A stretch of DNA of 64,000 nt from NCBI GenBank assembly GCA_964016885.1, contig OZ024742.1:32860001-32924000 (forward strand). The letters run 5' to 3'. Of the stretch, positions 14,382 to 26,452 are shown piece after piece. The position numbers were made by a program, and so were the translations under genes. A model generated the notes under the pieces. The model saw only the letters and a list, made by a program, of their open reading frames with translations. It did not search any database and had not been told where the DNA came from. Position 1 is the stretch's first letter. Every line of letters begins with the position of its first letter. The stretch comes from Eledone cirrhosa. Lineage: Eukaryota.

Positions 14382-15274
14382 CAGAGTGCGGACGATATTT
14401 GTTCGCAAGATTACTGTCTAGGAAAAATTAACACAGTAGTTTTATTTTTTAAGATTTATTTATCAAACTTGGGTCAGTTTGTCTTCATGACTTGTTCTTT
14501 CGATCTCACTCGATAAACCCACCATTGGCTTTGATGACGGCCTCAAGGTGGCCTCGGAACCGGCTACAGCCCTTTGTCACTGTCCCCTGACTTAGGCCCC
14601 TAAATGCACTTGTGATCCTGGCCTTCAGATCGTCTTTCGTATTGCAGCTAGATCTGTTGATGTCTCGTTCCACTGCGCCCCACACAAAGAAGTTGAGGGG
14701 GTTGCAGTCAGGCGAGCTGGGAGGCCAGATGTCAGGTGAAGTGTGGTCGACGAAGTTCTCAGACAGCCAGGCTTGGGTCTTTTGGCTGGTATGGCAGGGC
14801 GCTGAGTCTTGCTGCCACACGTACGGCCTACCTGCAGCTACCTGGTCGATCCAGGGCTTTACTACCTCGCTCAGAACGTGGATGTAGCCATCGGTGTTCA
14901 GTTTGAGGCCGTCAGGGAAGAAGTGAGGTGGCATGACGTCGCCTTGACTGCTGACGACATCTCAGACCAATGTTGTCGCTGGAAACTTTGTCTGCATGAC
15001 TCTGGGCACGTCTTTGGATGAGACAGCGAGCCACCTGTTGTTCTGGGAGTTGATCTTCTGGTCCTTATTTGTCTTCCCGGCGCAGATTCCAAGAAGAACT
15101 TTGTGTCTCCTCCATAAATTTGGAGGTTCAAAATTATTCATAATCAATTATTCTGAAAATAAATAATGGAAATATAGTCACTGTTTTTATGAAGACAAGA
15201 GTGACAACGGAAGTAAAAAAAATTTGCATAAAATTAGCAGTTGAAAATTGCGAACAAATATCGTCCACACCCTG
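14382..15274 (-). mobile_element. Internally deleted Tc1/mariner element, DD37D (maT-like) family
   Basis: TIRs cagagtgcggacgatatttgttcgcaa / ttgcgaacaaatatcgtccacaccctg with TA on both sides; transposase WQQDSAPCH...WPPSSPDCNPLNFFVWG with 37 residues after the second D. Confidence 0.92.
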
Positions 15275-15340
15275 TATATGTATGTATGTACATATATGTA
15301 TGCATGCGTGCATGTAAAAATATATTAAATGACACAATAC

Positions 15341-15450
15341 CTGTGGTGCAAATGCTAAAATTTGATCTTTAAGAGTGTAAAGTTTGCTAGTTGCCAAGAG
15401 CCCAATTTCACTAGAAGGTCGTCCAGTCAAACCCAGACGTTTGTTTTTTC
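15341..15450 (-). CDS. PHKA: PHKA exon 15 (GKNKRLGLTGRPSSEIGLLATSKLYTLKDQILAFAPQ)
   Basis: Overlaps ORF 15134..15430; ttgcag acceptor, gtattg donor; 110 nt. Confidence 0.95.
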
Positions 15451-15844
15451 CTGCAAATGAAAAGTTAGGACTAATTTAAAGGAACTATCACAAAAACACA
15501 GATAAGTATCATAAACAGGAATAAAAAAATTACATATGTGTATCTGAGCTTTTTAAATATTAATAATAATCTTGTGTTGGCATATAAACAGAATGGCAGA
15601 CACTAATGTTTCCCGGTGATTACCCTTCATCAGTTGGCAGTTGGCAGGTAAGGAGTATACGTACTGCTTACCTGCCAATTGTCAGAGCTGGTGAAAATAT
15701 ATTTTCTGGAATATACAGTGACTGATTGGCCTGATTTGCATGTGTGTGTTGTTTCTGACAATGTCAGAGCAACATCACTCAACAATTACTACAGATCTAT
15801 AACCATAGTTTACTTCTGTAGGTAAAGTAGCAGTTGATAAGATG

Positions 15845-16032
15845 ATAATTGTTTCTACTTTTGGCACAAGGCCAGCAATTATCCTAGTGCATTACTAGTA
15901 CTTTATTTTATTAACCCCATAAGGATGAGAGGCAAAGTTAACCTCGGCGGGATTTGAACTAAAACTGTAGAGGGCTGTAACTCCATGCTGCAAAAAACAT
16001 GTCGTCCAACCCTCTACCGATACTGCCAATCC
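15845..16032 (-). mobile_element. SINE family B
   Basis: Reverse complement of the 21370-21552 and 35222-35402 copies. Confidence 0.82.
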
Positions 16033-16333
16033 ACTAATGATGATAAGCTTTGTCAAGACTGACTTAAGCTTCCCTAAGGTTAGAGTCAAAGCATAGAAAG
16101 TACATCTGAGAGAGACAATTGAGTGCAGGTGTTACCAAGAAATGTGATGATCCATGAATTATGAATCAATCACAAACTGTCAATTCCTGGTTGAATCAGT
16201 TAATTTAACATGTTATTTAAATATTATTTAATAACCACATATATATTTAATCTAATAATTAAATATGATGTTGTTATTTAAACTTTTAATAGTCATGTAT
16301 ACATTTAATCTAATAATTGAATGTTGTTATTAA

Positions 16334-16542
16334 CCCTTTACTTTATATATACTATTGTATTTTTGTGGTAACAGCTTTATCTTACATAATTACCTCACAT
16401 AATATCCAATCTATGAGATTTTAATGTTATTTATTTTGAGAACAATACCTTAACATTAGTATGAGTGGTCAGTTACAGCCAGTTTGGACAGAAAAAGGTG
16501 AGAGAATTCTGGCTGGGTATGGCCAGTTTAAATGCTAAAAGG
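16334..16542. mobile_element. piggyBac-type MITE, family 1
   Basis: Same body; TTAA flanks. Confidence 0.75.
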
Positions 16543-17951
16543 TTAATGGGACCTCTGCCCTATTTGTAGGTTTAATAGTTGGTCATTGATTCCTTGTTTA
16601 GTTCATCTGCCTTTGTAAAAAGATATTGCTTTTTTGTTCTGTGATCCTCATGTAGTATTGCCAGTTTAGTCACCAACAGCCAGATCATGAAGCAGTGGCA
16701 GGCCATTTGATGTAAATGCTTGTATAGAACATGAATCTCTATCAGTTAATTGTGTGGAGGGGTGTAGGAAGACTAACAACCTTTCTTCTCAGAGATTCTG
16801 AACTGATAATGCTGAAAGTCAGAGTTGGAAAAGCAGCTAAGATGCTGAACTAATGTCCCAAAAGTTTTGGTTCAGTGAAGGCACGTGGTTTAGTGCTGAG
16901 GGTGTTTGATTCATGATTGTAAGGTTGTAAGTTTGTAAGTTTGATTCCCGGACCAGGGGACATGCTGTGTTTTTGAACAAGATACTTTATTTCACATTAA
17001 TTCAGCCCACTCAGCAAAAATTAAATTTACCTGTAATTCAAGGGGTCAACTTTGTGACACATTGAGTCTCAATGAATGTCCCTGAGAACTGTGTTAAGGG
17101 TGTCTGTGGAATGTTTGGCCACTTGCTTTTAATTTCATAAGCAAGCAGTTCCGTTGATCAAATCAACTGGAACACTCATTGTGAGAAATGACAGGGGTTC
17201 AAGAACAACATATTCTACAATCAGTATGGTCACCCTAGCAAGGAGCCCCAATGGCTTAGTCTATCCTTAACAGTGTACTACCTAGGTACCTTGAGAAAGT
17301 GTTATGTACCATTGTAAGCAGTGGAGTGTTTTTTTAATGATTTAGTTGGGAAGAAAGAGCTGTTCTTTGACATCACTAGATCCATTAATGGCAACATTGA
17401 TACAGTTGATTCACCTTGAACAACTTCAAGTCAACAATTGCAAGAAAAACATGGACAGAGAGGGAATTTTAACCTCTTCCGTGTTGTAGACAAGATAACT
17501 TGTCCTAACATGCTTGCATTTCAGTGTCACAGATGAGATAACTTATCCTAACATGTTTCAACTCTTTTCCAACAATTCATAACTTCAAAGTTATGAACTT
17601 GTTTCCAATAGTTCATAAATTCAAAGCTAGATGGGGTTACTAGTTTATTGATGTGACGTTTGTCAATCAAAATAGTAATTTAATTGAAAAAAACCCATAA
17701 AAATATACACAGCAGTCAATAGGCTAAAGGGCTGACATTCTGAAGAGAATGGACTGCAAGTACATGACAACTTTTGGAAGTTTAAGGTGGAAGTGAAGTT
17801 TGATGTCATCTGCAGAGGAGGCAGCATTGTGGTTGGTAATACCAAGCATATCATTGAAGTATAAGGAGAAGAATATGGAGGACATAATCAAACCTTGGAA
17901 CTACATCAGAATGGTTAGAATGTGGGATAGATAGAGCTCCATGAGCATACA

Positions 17952-18146
17952 TAATAATTGTTTCTATTTTAGGCACAAGGCCAGCAATTACCCAGTACAT
18001 TACTGGTACTTTATTTTATCGACCCCATAAGGATGAAAGGTAAAGTTAACCTCGGTGGGATTTGAACTCAGATCATAAAGGGACGTAACTCTATGCTTCA
18101 AAGCATGGTGTCCGACTCTCTACTGATACTGCCAATCCACCGCCCT
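17952..18146 (-). mobile_element. SINE family B
   Basis: Same consensus; cataataat repeated on both flanks. Confidence 0.82.
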
Positions 18147-18371
18147 TCATAATAATGCGATCTCACAAGAAGTTACTGATCCCAAAGTTTAGAGATGGGT
18201 GGAGCCTATAGGGAAGCAGTTAAACTAGGAAATTTGCATGCTGGACATAGTTGAATGCTTTACTAATAAATGAGTACCAGTCTAAGTATAAGGATCAATA
18301 TAATTGACTAGCATAATAGCAATTTAATGATGAACACTATTAAAAGGAAAAAAGCTCAAAATAGAACATAC

Positions 18372-18506
18372 CTAGGAAAGAATAGATGTAACTTAAAATA
18401 CGAGCTGGATAGACTTTTATAGGATCTACTTCTTTAGTTGTTTGCACTTCTATACCATAGTCAGAGAGACGTTCTTGGATAAATTCATCTTCAGCTAAAA
18501 TCACCA
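18372..18506 (-). CDS. PHKA: PHKA exon 14 ([45 protein letters not shown])
   Basis: ttccag acceptor, gtatgt donor; PARILS.IY motif; 135 nt, phase 1 to 1. Confidence 0.95.
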
Positions 18507-18544
18507 CTGGAAAAAAGAAAATAAATATATGAACAGACTAAATA

Positions 18545-19078
18545 TCAAATGTAGGTTGCGTTGGTATGGACATGTGATGCATATGAAGGATGATAGTTGC
18601 ATAAAAAGGTACAGAGCACTAGGGGTCGATAGAAGCCGTGGAGTGAGGAGACCCAAGAAGACCTGGGATGAGGTGATAAAAGCCGACCTTACCCAATTGC
18701 ACCTTTCAAAGGCAATGAAACAGGACCGTACCCTCAGGCATTACGCAATAATACAGAAGACCCGACTTCCCACGGGTACAAGCTGAAGCTGAAGCATATA
18801 GGCAATATGTCCTCCCACTGTAAAGTGGTCATGGAGGTATCACGGCAAAAAAGCCACCAGCCCACACTGTAAAGTGGTCATGTAGGCGCCATGGAAAAAA
18901 AGCACCCAGTACACACTGTAAATGAGGTTGGTGTTAGGAAGGACATCCAGCTGTAGAAATCAAGCCCAAATCAGTTCCCGTATGAGGTCACCCGACCTGG
19001 CACTGCCCACAACAGGACAACCCGTCTAACCCATGCTAGCGTGGAAGAATGGACGTCAAACAATGATGATGATGATGA
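18545..19078 (+). mobile_element. RTE LINE 3' fragment
   Basis: RLRWYGHVMHM...RPKKTWDEVIKAD, 3' UTR and (GAT)n tail. Confidence 0.85.
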
Positions 19079-19494
19079 TTTATATATATATACATATATA
19101 TATTATGCTTCTGATGACACACACCAATCAATCATACTTGATAAGTTAAATATATTTTTTTTCCCTTCTTTTTATTTTTTTTATTATGTTTGTCCTGGTA
19201 TTGTATTTTGTTGAGTGATGTATTGAAACAACTGTAAAGTGTTAAATCTTTTAAGAACTCTTATCTATCACCTGAATTGTATATGCTCTGTTATATATGT
19301 CACCTTTTCTTCTGCTCTTAAATGACATCTTTTATATTTCTATCTATAATTAATGACAAACATATTGAGCTTAAATACATTATTATTTGGCAATCACTGT
19401 TTAAAAACAATTGGTGGTGTTTTTCCCATAGCTTAGTGGTTACATGAATGAAGATCAATGGAAAAAGTACCATTGTTAAAAATAAGTACAGGTT

Positions 19495-19838
19495 GGAGGC
19501 ACATGGCTTAGTGGTTAGAGCATTGGCCTTGCAATCGAAAGGTTGTGAGTTCAATTCTCAGACCAGGTGATGTGTTGTTTCCTTGAGCAAGACACTTTAT
19601 TTCACATTGCTCCAGTTTACTCAGCTGTAGAAATGAGATGATAGGGACTGGGGTTCATATCATTCCACTGCAAAGTGGTCATGGAGGTGCCACGGCAAAA
19701 AAGCACCCAGCACTCACTGTAAATGAGGTTGGTGTTAGGAAGGGCATCCAGCTGTAGAAATCAAGCCAGAATCAGTTCCCGTCCCACCCTTGCAAGCAGG
19801 GAAAAGCGGACGTAAAATGATGATGATGATGATGATGA
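19495..19838 (+). mobile_element. tRNA-derived SINE, family A, with RTE-type tail
   Basis: A box tggcttagtgg, B box gagttcaattc, central ccttgagcaagacactt, 3' end shared with RTE, (TGA)n tail. Confidence 0.88.
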
Positions 19839-19973
19839 CATCAAGATGCGCATCCTGCTGTAGGATACTTCCTCGAAAGGTTTTGCCCACTTTTCCCAGC
19901 ATGGAAAAAGAGAACACAAAAATGATGATGATGATGATAATATTGAAACGGTCAAACTACAGATCCATATTAC

Positions 19974-20052
19974 CTTGAACAACAACATCTGGGCGTGCTG
20001 TAGATACTAAACGTCTGTTCAATGGGTCCAATTCTCCTGGGGACAGGAATCC
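19974..20052 (-). CDS. PHKA: PHKA exon 13 (GFLSPGELDPLNRRLVSTARPDVVVQ)
   Basis: Inside ORF 19957..20148; ttccag acceptor, gtaata donor; 79 nt, ends in phase 1. Confidence 0.95.
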
Positions 20053-20762
20053 CTGGAAATTAACAAAACAGAATTCTTGAAATATATTGGAACCCCAGTA
20101 TGGCCTCAGTCTAATTACTGGAACCAGTGAAAGAATAAAAGAAAGCAAAAGAATGACAGTACTATTATTTATTGGTTGTAAAATTTGGGAGTGAGTATGT
20201 TATGCATATGTGACAAACTATAACACTCATTGCCCAGAGGTAAAGATACTTTTGGTACCTTACATTAACAAGCATGATAGGCCAGATGAAATGTTGTACT
20301 CCTCGCTATCATCTTTACTTTGTCTCTCGTTTTCACCTCCCATTTATGTCACAAAATCAACAATGTTAACTGCAACCACAATCTCTTTTCTACAGTTCTG
20401 TATTTTACCTCTGATCTTAACCTTTTTTTTGCCCTATTTCTAATGGAAGACACTGCCTATGAAGATAAAATATTTTGGAAAACAAGCATGTGGAGGAACT
20501 TAGTGATATAACTAACTTTATCATTATTAAGCTGGTGTTTCAAACATAACTTCAAATGTTCTTACATGAAATAATGATGGAAAGTTTTAATATAAATATG
20601 AACACTTTAAAAGAGGCTTTTTTCCTACCATAAAACCAGAAGTAGTTTCAGGTGGATTGATATTAAAAATATCAGAGGTAGTCAGGTACTATTTACTTCA
20701 GTACAACTATAATTCTTTATATCAAATAAACAAACAAATTAAGACTATTTTAGGTGACTAAC

Positions 20763-20870
20763 CTCATAGATAAGTCTTCCTACGACATACAGCGATTGGG
20801 CCCACATATGTGGCAACCTTCCAATAGCTTTTCTTTTCTGAGATTTAGGATTCTTAGCTTCAGCTTCAAC
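20763..20870 (-). CDS. PHKA: PHKA exon 12 (VEAEAKNPKSQKRKAIGRLPHMWAQSLYVVGRLIYE)
   Basis: tcacag acceptor, gttagt donor; LPHMW.QSLY motif; 108 nt. Confidence 0.95.
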
Positions 20871-21369
20871 CTGTGAGGAAAGAGGAGACATATTAGCATT
20901 CATTGAAAAATTCGTGTACAGCTTAAAGTTGCAGTTGTTGGCAGAATCATTTGATAATATTATTATTGGATATACAATATATTTATGTACAATATTTCAA
21001 GCTGTGGTCATATTACAACTGCCATGGTATTTGGAATAGGAGTGGTGTAAACATGTATTTCAGAGTTGTTAACCTTTCATCAGAATTAGCATACCTAAGC
21101 CCAGACACTGAGGTATGAAAGACAGTAAAGTCTTGTTGAAGGTTTATTTGAAAAAGAAAATCTTGCTAAAGAACTCCAATAATGAGGTGGTGGTGTTAAA
21201 CTAGGCAGTATTTGTTCCAGCTCTTTGCATTTGGAATTCAAATCCTGCCATGGGCTAGCTGGATGGCTGACTTAAATCTGTTGCTCAGTGAAAGACCTCA
21301 ACGATCAAAGTGTTTCCAGTTGCAACCATTCAATCTTTTTGTCACAACATTATTTAAAGATAGCAGTTG

Positions 21370-21552
21370 ATTGACAGTATCGGTAGAGGGTCGGACGCCA
21401 TGCTTTGACGCATAGAGTTGCGGCCCTTTCCATTTTGAGTTCAAATGCCGCCAAGGTTAACTTTGCCTTTCATCCTTAAGGGGTCAATAAAATAAAGTAC
21501 CAGTAATGCACTGGGTAATTGCTGGCCTTGTGCCAAAAGTAGAAACAATTAT
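21370..21552 (+). mobile_element. tRNA-derived SINE, family B
   Basis: gagttcaaat B box, central gcctttcatcct..ggggtc.ataaaataaagtaccag, tail gtagaaacaatt; many copies in the window. Confidence 0.85.
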
Positions 21553-21997
21553 TTAAAGTCTTTGCTTTTTTAAAACAGTAGTATGTTATCTGAGGGAAAT
21601 TTTGCTGCTATTTCTTGAAGGTCAAGTGACTATACAGTGACTCTCACATAATGATAAGCATAACGAAGATATGATTATAATATTTAAATAAAACAACAAG
21701 CATTTTAAGGCCACTTCCCAGCAAGGGTTAGCTTTGCTGGCCCATGACAAGATTCATACCCATCACAGAGTCCTTTCTGAGGCAATTTTTTATGGCCAAA
21801 TGCACTTCCAGGTGCCAATTCTTTTAGTCACCACATACAACGCACAGAGATATGATTTACCTATTCTAAACTGGATTATAGTCTTTAAATCATCATCATC
21901 ATCATCATCACCACTGTTTAACGTCTATTTTCCATGTTTGCATGGATAATAAATTCAAATATCTTCAAAGATTTGAAAAGCAAAATAATGAAGTTAC

Positions 21998-22093
21998 CTT
22001 ATCATGAGGTACCATGTAAAGTTCTGGAACCAGTGTTAAGCCCTCCTCGTTTTTGTGGATGACATCATCCAAAAGAGATCGGTACCTTTCAGT
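21998..22093 (-). CDS. PHKA: PHKA exon 11 (TERYRSLLDDVIHKNEEGLTLVPELYMVPHDK)
   Basis: tttcag acceptor, gtaact donor; PELY.VP motif; 96 nt. Confidence 0.92.
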
Positions 22094-22429
22094 CTGAAAC
22101 CATATAAAAAAAAAATCTTTTTATAATTTTCAAATCATTTTGAAAAATGATCAAGCATTTGAGGAGATTTAGTATAAGTAACTTTTTCATTATTATAAAG
22201 TTGGTGTTTGGAACATAGCCTAACAAAGGTTCTTACATAGAATTATGAACATTTTTTAGATAAATAGAAACACTTTAATACAAATAGCTTTGTATTTCAA
22301 AACCATAAGTGATTTCAGGTTTGGTATTAAAAGAGTTAAAATAGGAAATATAATGCATGTTAAGAAGGTCATTTCACTTTTTTCCCCCACTACAAAACCT
22401 CTTATACAAGTATCTTCTAACTTAGTCTC

Positions 22430-22830
22430 ACATGGGAAGGTGGGTCTTCTGTATTACTGCATAATGCCAAAGATCTCAATCCTGTCTTTGAGAGGTACAA
22501 TTGTACAAAGTCAGCTTTTATCACCTCATCCCAGGTCTTCTTGGTTCTTAATCTTCCATAGCTTCCATCAACTTTGATCACCCTGTACTTTTCTATACAG
22601 CTGTCATCCGCCATATGCATCACATGGCCACACCAATGTAATCTCCTCTAATACCCAATTTCTCTCTCAGATAATTTATGCTTTGTCATTTGTGTATATT
22701 ACTATTACACATCCATCAGTGCATGTAGGATTCATTTCTTTCCAATCTTTCCTCTGCAGGTTGCCCCAATCTCACTACCATGCAAAATTGCTGTTTGTAT
22801 ACATGCATCTGTCCTTCACTCTATGAATTT
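22430..22830 (-). mobile_element. Degenerate RTE 3' fragment
   Basis: ORF 22417..22623: DSCIEKYRVIKVDGSYGR...KKTWDEVIKAD. Confidence 0.75.
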
Positions 22831-22848
22831 TCTCCATACCATTCTTAA

Positions 22849-23069
22849 CCCTTTAGCATTTACATTATTCTATATTTACTATTGTATTTTAACAGTAAAA
22901 GCTTCACCTCACATAATTATCTCACATAATATCAAATATATGAGATTTTGATGTTATTTATTTTGAGAAGAATACCTTAACGTAGGTATGAGCGGCCAGT
23001 TACAGCCGGTTTGAACAAAAAGAAGTGAGAGAGTTCTGGCCAGATACAGCCAGTTTAAATGCTAAAGGG
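22849..23069. mobile_element. piggyBac-type MITE, family 1
   Basis: TTAA-ccctttagcattta...taaatgctaaaggg-TTAA. Confidence 0.85.
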
Positions 23070-23173
23070 TTAATCTGGCTACTGTACTTTCGGAATATCC
23101 TTCCTTCCCCCAAAAAACCCCAGCAGACACAAAAAAACCCAAAAAAAACAGAGAGAGAGAGAGCATGTCTTAC

Positions 23174-23296
23174 CTGATCCATGTTATTAGTGAACAATCC
23201 ATCCAGAATGAAGTAGGTGAAGAAAAGAGGCCACTCACATTCAATATGTTCAAACTTCATCAGCTCCCCAGGTTCATAATACAATCTGGTAGGATC
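23174..23296 (-). CDS. PHKA: PHKA exon 10 ([41 protein letters not shown])
   Basis: Overlaps ORF 23000..23284; aag acceptor, gtaaga donor; IECEWPLF motif; 123 nt. Confidence 0.95.
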
Positions 23297-23525
23297 CTTT
23301 AATAAAATAACTTAAATTTTTAATAACTGCATCTTGTTGTTTTTGGTAGATCTTATTCATGTAAAAAGATCTACGAATTTAAAAAAGAAACAGAAGAATC
23401 CCTGGAAACTAGTGATGGCCTGTGTTGGCAAATAGTAAGTATATCTTGGGGGCTAGATTTAATACATCCCCCAACTTAACCTGATTGTAACCCTAGTTCT
23501 AATGAAATACACTATTTTAATTAAT

Positions 23526-23717
23526 TAATTGTTTCTACTTTTGGCACAAGGGCAGCAATTACCCAGTACATTACTGGTACTTTATTTTATCGACCCCGTA
23601 AGGATGAAAGGCCAATTTAACCTCGGCGGGATTTGAATTCAGATCATAAAGGGCCGTAACTCCATGCTGCAAAGCATGGCGCCCGACCCCCTACTGGTAC
23701 TGCCAATCCAGTGCCCT
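23526..23717 (-). mobile_element. SINE family B
   Basis: Same consensus; tattttaattaattaat duplicated on both sides. Confidence 0.85.
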
Positions 23718-24975
23718 ATTTTAATTAATTAATGAAGAATTTTGAGGGATTTATTAAAATTATTAATTATTGCGTTACAAATCTGTATCTTAACATATGG
23801 TTCTTATATAAAATTATGTCGGAAAATTTTAATTTAAATAAGAACCCTCTAAAATGGCTGGGTTTGTTTCATAGATACTAGAGCTGGTTTTGGTTGGGTT
23901 GGTATCAAAATGATTAACATTAACACCTGGTCCTTGGGTGTGTTTAGTGAACTCCACTCTGTTGCAAGCATTTACCTCTTACAATCTTAAAAAAAGGGAC
24001 TGACACAAAATAATGATTTCTGATTTAGGCACAAGGCCAACAATTCTGGGGGAGGGGAAAGCCGATTAAATCGACCCCAGTGCATTACTGGTACTTTATT
24101 TTATCGACCCCGTAAGGATGAAAGGCAAGGATAACCTCGGTGGGAATTTGAACTCAGAACATAAAGGGCTGCAACTCTATGCTACAAACCATGCTGTCCT
24201 GCACTCTACCTGTCATATTAAATGCCTCAAGAAAGATGGCCTTAACTGGAATGCCATTGATTAACATAGATCAGCATGATCAGGACTGACCTGCAGCTAA
24301 ACAACCACTACCAACTGAATACTAGACAAAACAATTTCCTCTTTATATATTATTAATAAGGATAAAGATCCCATAACTCCTTGTGGAGTTGTAGGGCACA
24401 TTTAAACCTGGCGGAGCCCCACCCTCTCCAGGTCTGAATACAGCCGATTTTTTCTATAGAAGAAGAATCGACCCCAGTACTGGACTGGTGCCAATATTAT
24501 TTATGTTCCTTATCACAAAAAGCTGCATTAAAAAGACATTCTTAAATACAAAGCAGCACTATGACTGCATCACATTAAAAATTGAAGAAATTATAAACAT
24601 TTGAATTAACGAACCATAGGAAACCACATTAGCAATACATTATTAAAAAGTATGAAACAGCACTGACTGAATCACATTAAAAATTAAATTTGTTACTTTG
24701 ACACGACAGTCTGTTCACTAGTAAATATATTATAAACATTTCAATTAACAAACCACATTAGCAAGATCTTCTTGAAAAATGCAAAACAGCATTATGACTG
24801 AATCACATTACTTTAGTTTATTACATATTTTACTATAAACAATTGAATTAACAAACTTATTTTTAGGCATTTGTGCTGAATCATTACAAGATGTTAAGTC
24901 TGAAAGGAAATGTCAATACTACTAACCAATTCTCTCCAAAATGAAACAAAAGAAAAAAACAGAACAAAAACTCAC

Positions 24976-25029
24976 CTCAATGGCTGTCTTGTAACCATCT
25001 CGGAGGAAGCGACTACAACCATGTCTACC
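24976..25029 (-). CDS. PHKA: PHKA exon 9 (GRHGCSRFLRDGYKTAIE)
   Basis: taccag acceptor, gtgagt donor; RFLRDGYKT motif; 54 nt. Confidence 0.95.
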
Positions 25030-25199
25030 CTGGTAGGGAGAAGGTTTAAAAAAATATATCTTTTAAATAAAGAAACAATACAGCAATGTGTAGAAGTGAT
25101 AGAAGAGGTGATAAAAACCATGGTGGGGCAGTGGAATAATTATATTTTTCTCTCCAAACTACCAAAACATCTATTTTTATATACAGTGCAATTTATATA

Positions 25200-26407
25200 C
25201 ATGTATATATAGATGATATATATACAGATGCTATATATATATATATATATATAGATGATATATATATAGATGATATATATATCATCTATATATATATAGA
25301 TGATATATATATATATATATATATATAGATGATATATATACAGATGATATATATATAGATGATATATAAATAGATTATATATATATAGATGATATATATA
25401 AAATGTCACTGGACCGAGACCTTTGGCGGTACTCAGTAACAGAGAAGACCCGCCTTACCTAAATATATAGTAAAACCTACTCCAGCCAGTAGGCATCTCT
25501 AACAAAATACACCCCGTCCCACCACCACCACCCGATCCACACCACCCCGTTCTATGTAAAGTTATGTTGGTGCCGCGCCATCGAGGCCGAAACAAATGAG
25601 ATCGTGTAGGTGTCACGACAAAAAAACACACAGTCCATGCTGTAATGTGGCCGTGTAGGCAACACGGTAAAAACCTCCCAGACCCACACTGTAAATGTGG
25701 TTGGTGTTAGGAAGGGCATCCAACTGTAGAAAACCTGCCAGACAGTCCTATGCGAGCAAGACAATCACTCTTGCCTCAAGTGGGACTACCCCCGTCCAAA
25801 CCCATGCAAGCGTGGAACACGGACGTTAAACGTTGATGATGATGATGATGATATACAGATGATATATATACAGATGATATATATACAGATGTTATATATA
25901 AAGATGATATATATATAGATGATATATATACAGATGATATATATACAGATGATATATATACAGATGATATATATATATAGATGATATATATATATAGATG
26001 ATATATATCCAGATGATATATATATATAGATGATATATATCCAGATGATATATATATATAGATGATATATATCCAGATGATATATATATATATAGATGAT
26101 ATATATCCAGATGATATATATATATAGATGATATATATACAGATGATATATATACAGATGATATATATACAGATGATATATATATATATAGATGATATAT
26201 ATATATACATGATATATATATACAGATGATATATATATACAGATGATATATATATACAGATGATATATATACAGATGATATATATACAGATGATATATAT
26301 ACAGATAATATATATATATAGATGATATATATACAGATGATATATATAGATGATATATATATAGATATATATACAGATGATATATATATAGATGATATAT
26401 ATACAGA

Positions 26408-26442
<35 letters not shown>

Positions 26443-26452
26443 TATATATATA
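25200..26452. repeat. GATGA(TA)n-type compound arrays on both sides of the RTE fragment
   Basis: Units such as agatgatatatatac at 25200-25400 and 25850-26452. Confidence 0.95.
25401..25850 (+). mobile_element. RTE LINE 3' end (extreme 5' truncation)
   Basis: Nearly identical to 4580-5031. Confidence 0.9.

Noticed and set aside
15672-15790. Possible exon ending CAG|gtaagc on the minus strand
   Set aside because: Stop codon in the required phase and no PHKA similarity; exons 14 and 15 already join correctly.
19495-19570. tRNA gene
   Set aside because: A and B boxes are present, but the sequence continues into a SINE body and RTE-type tail and recurs in several copies, so it is a SINE head.
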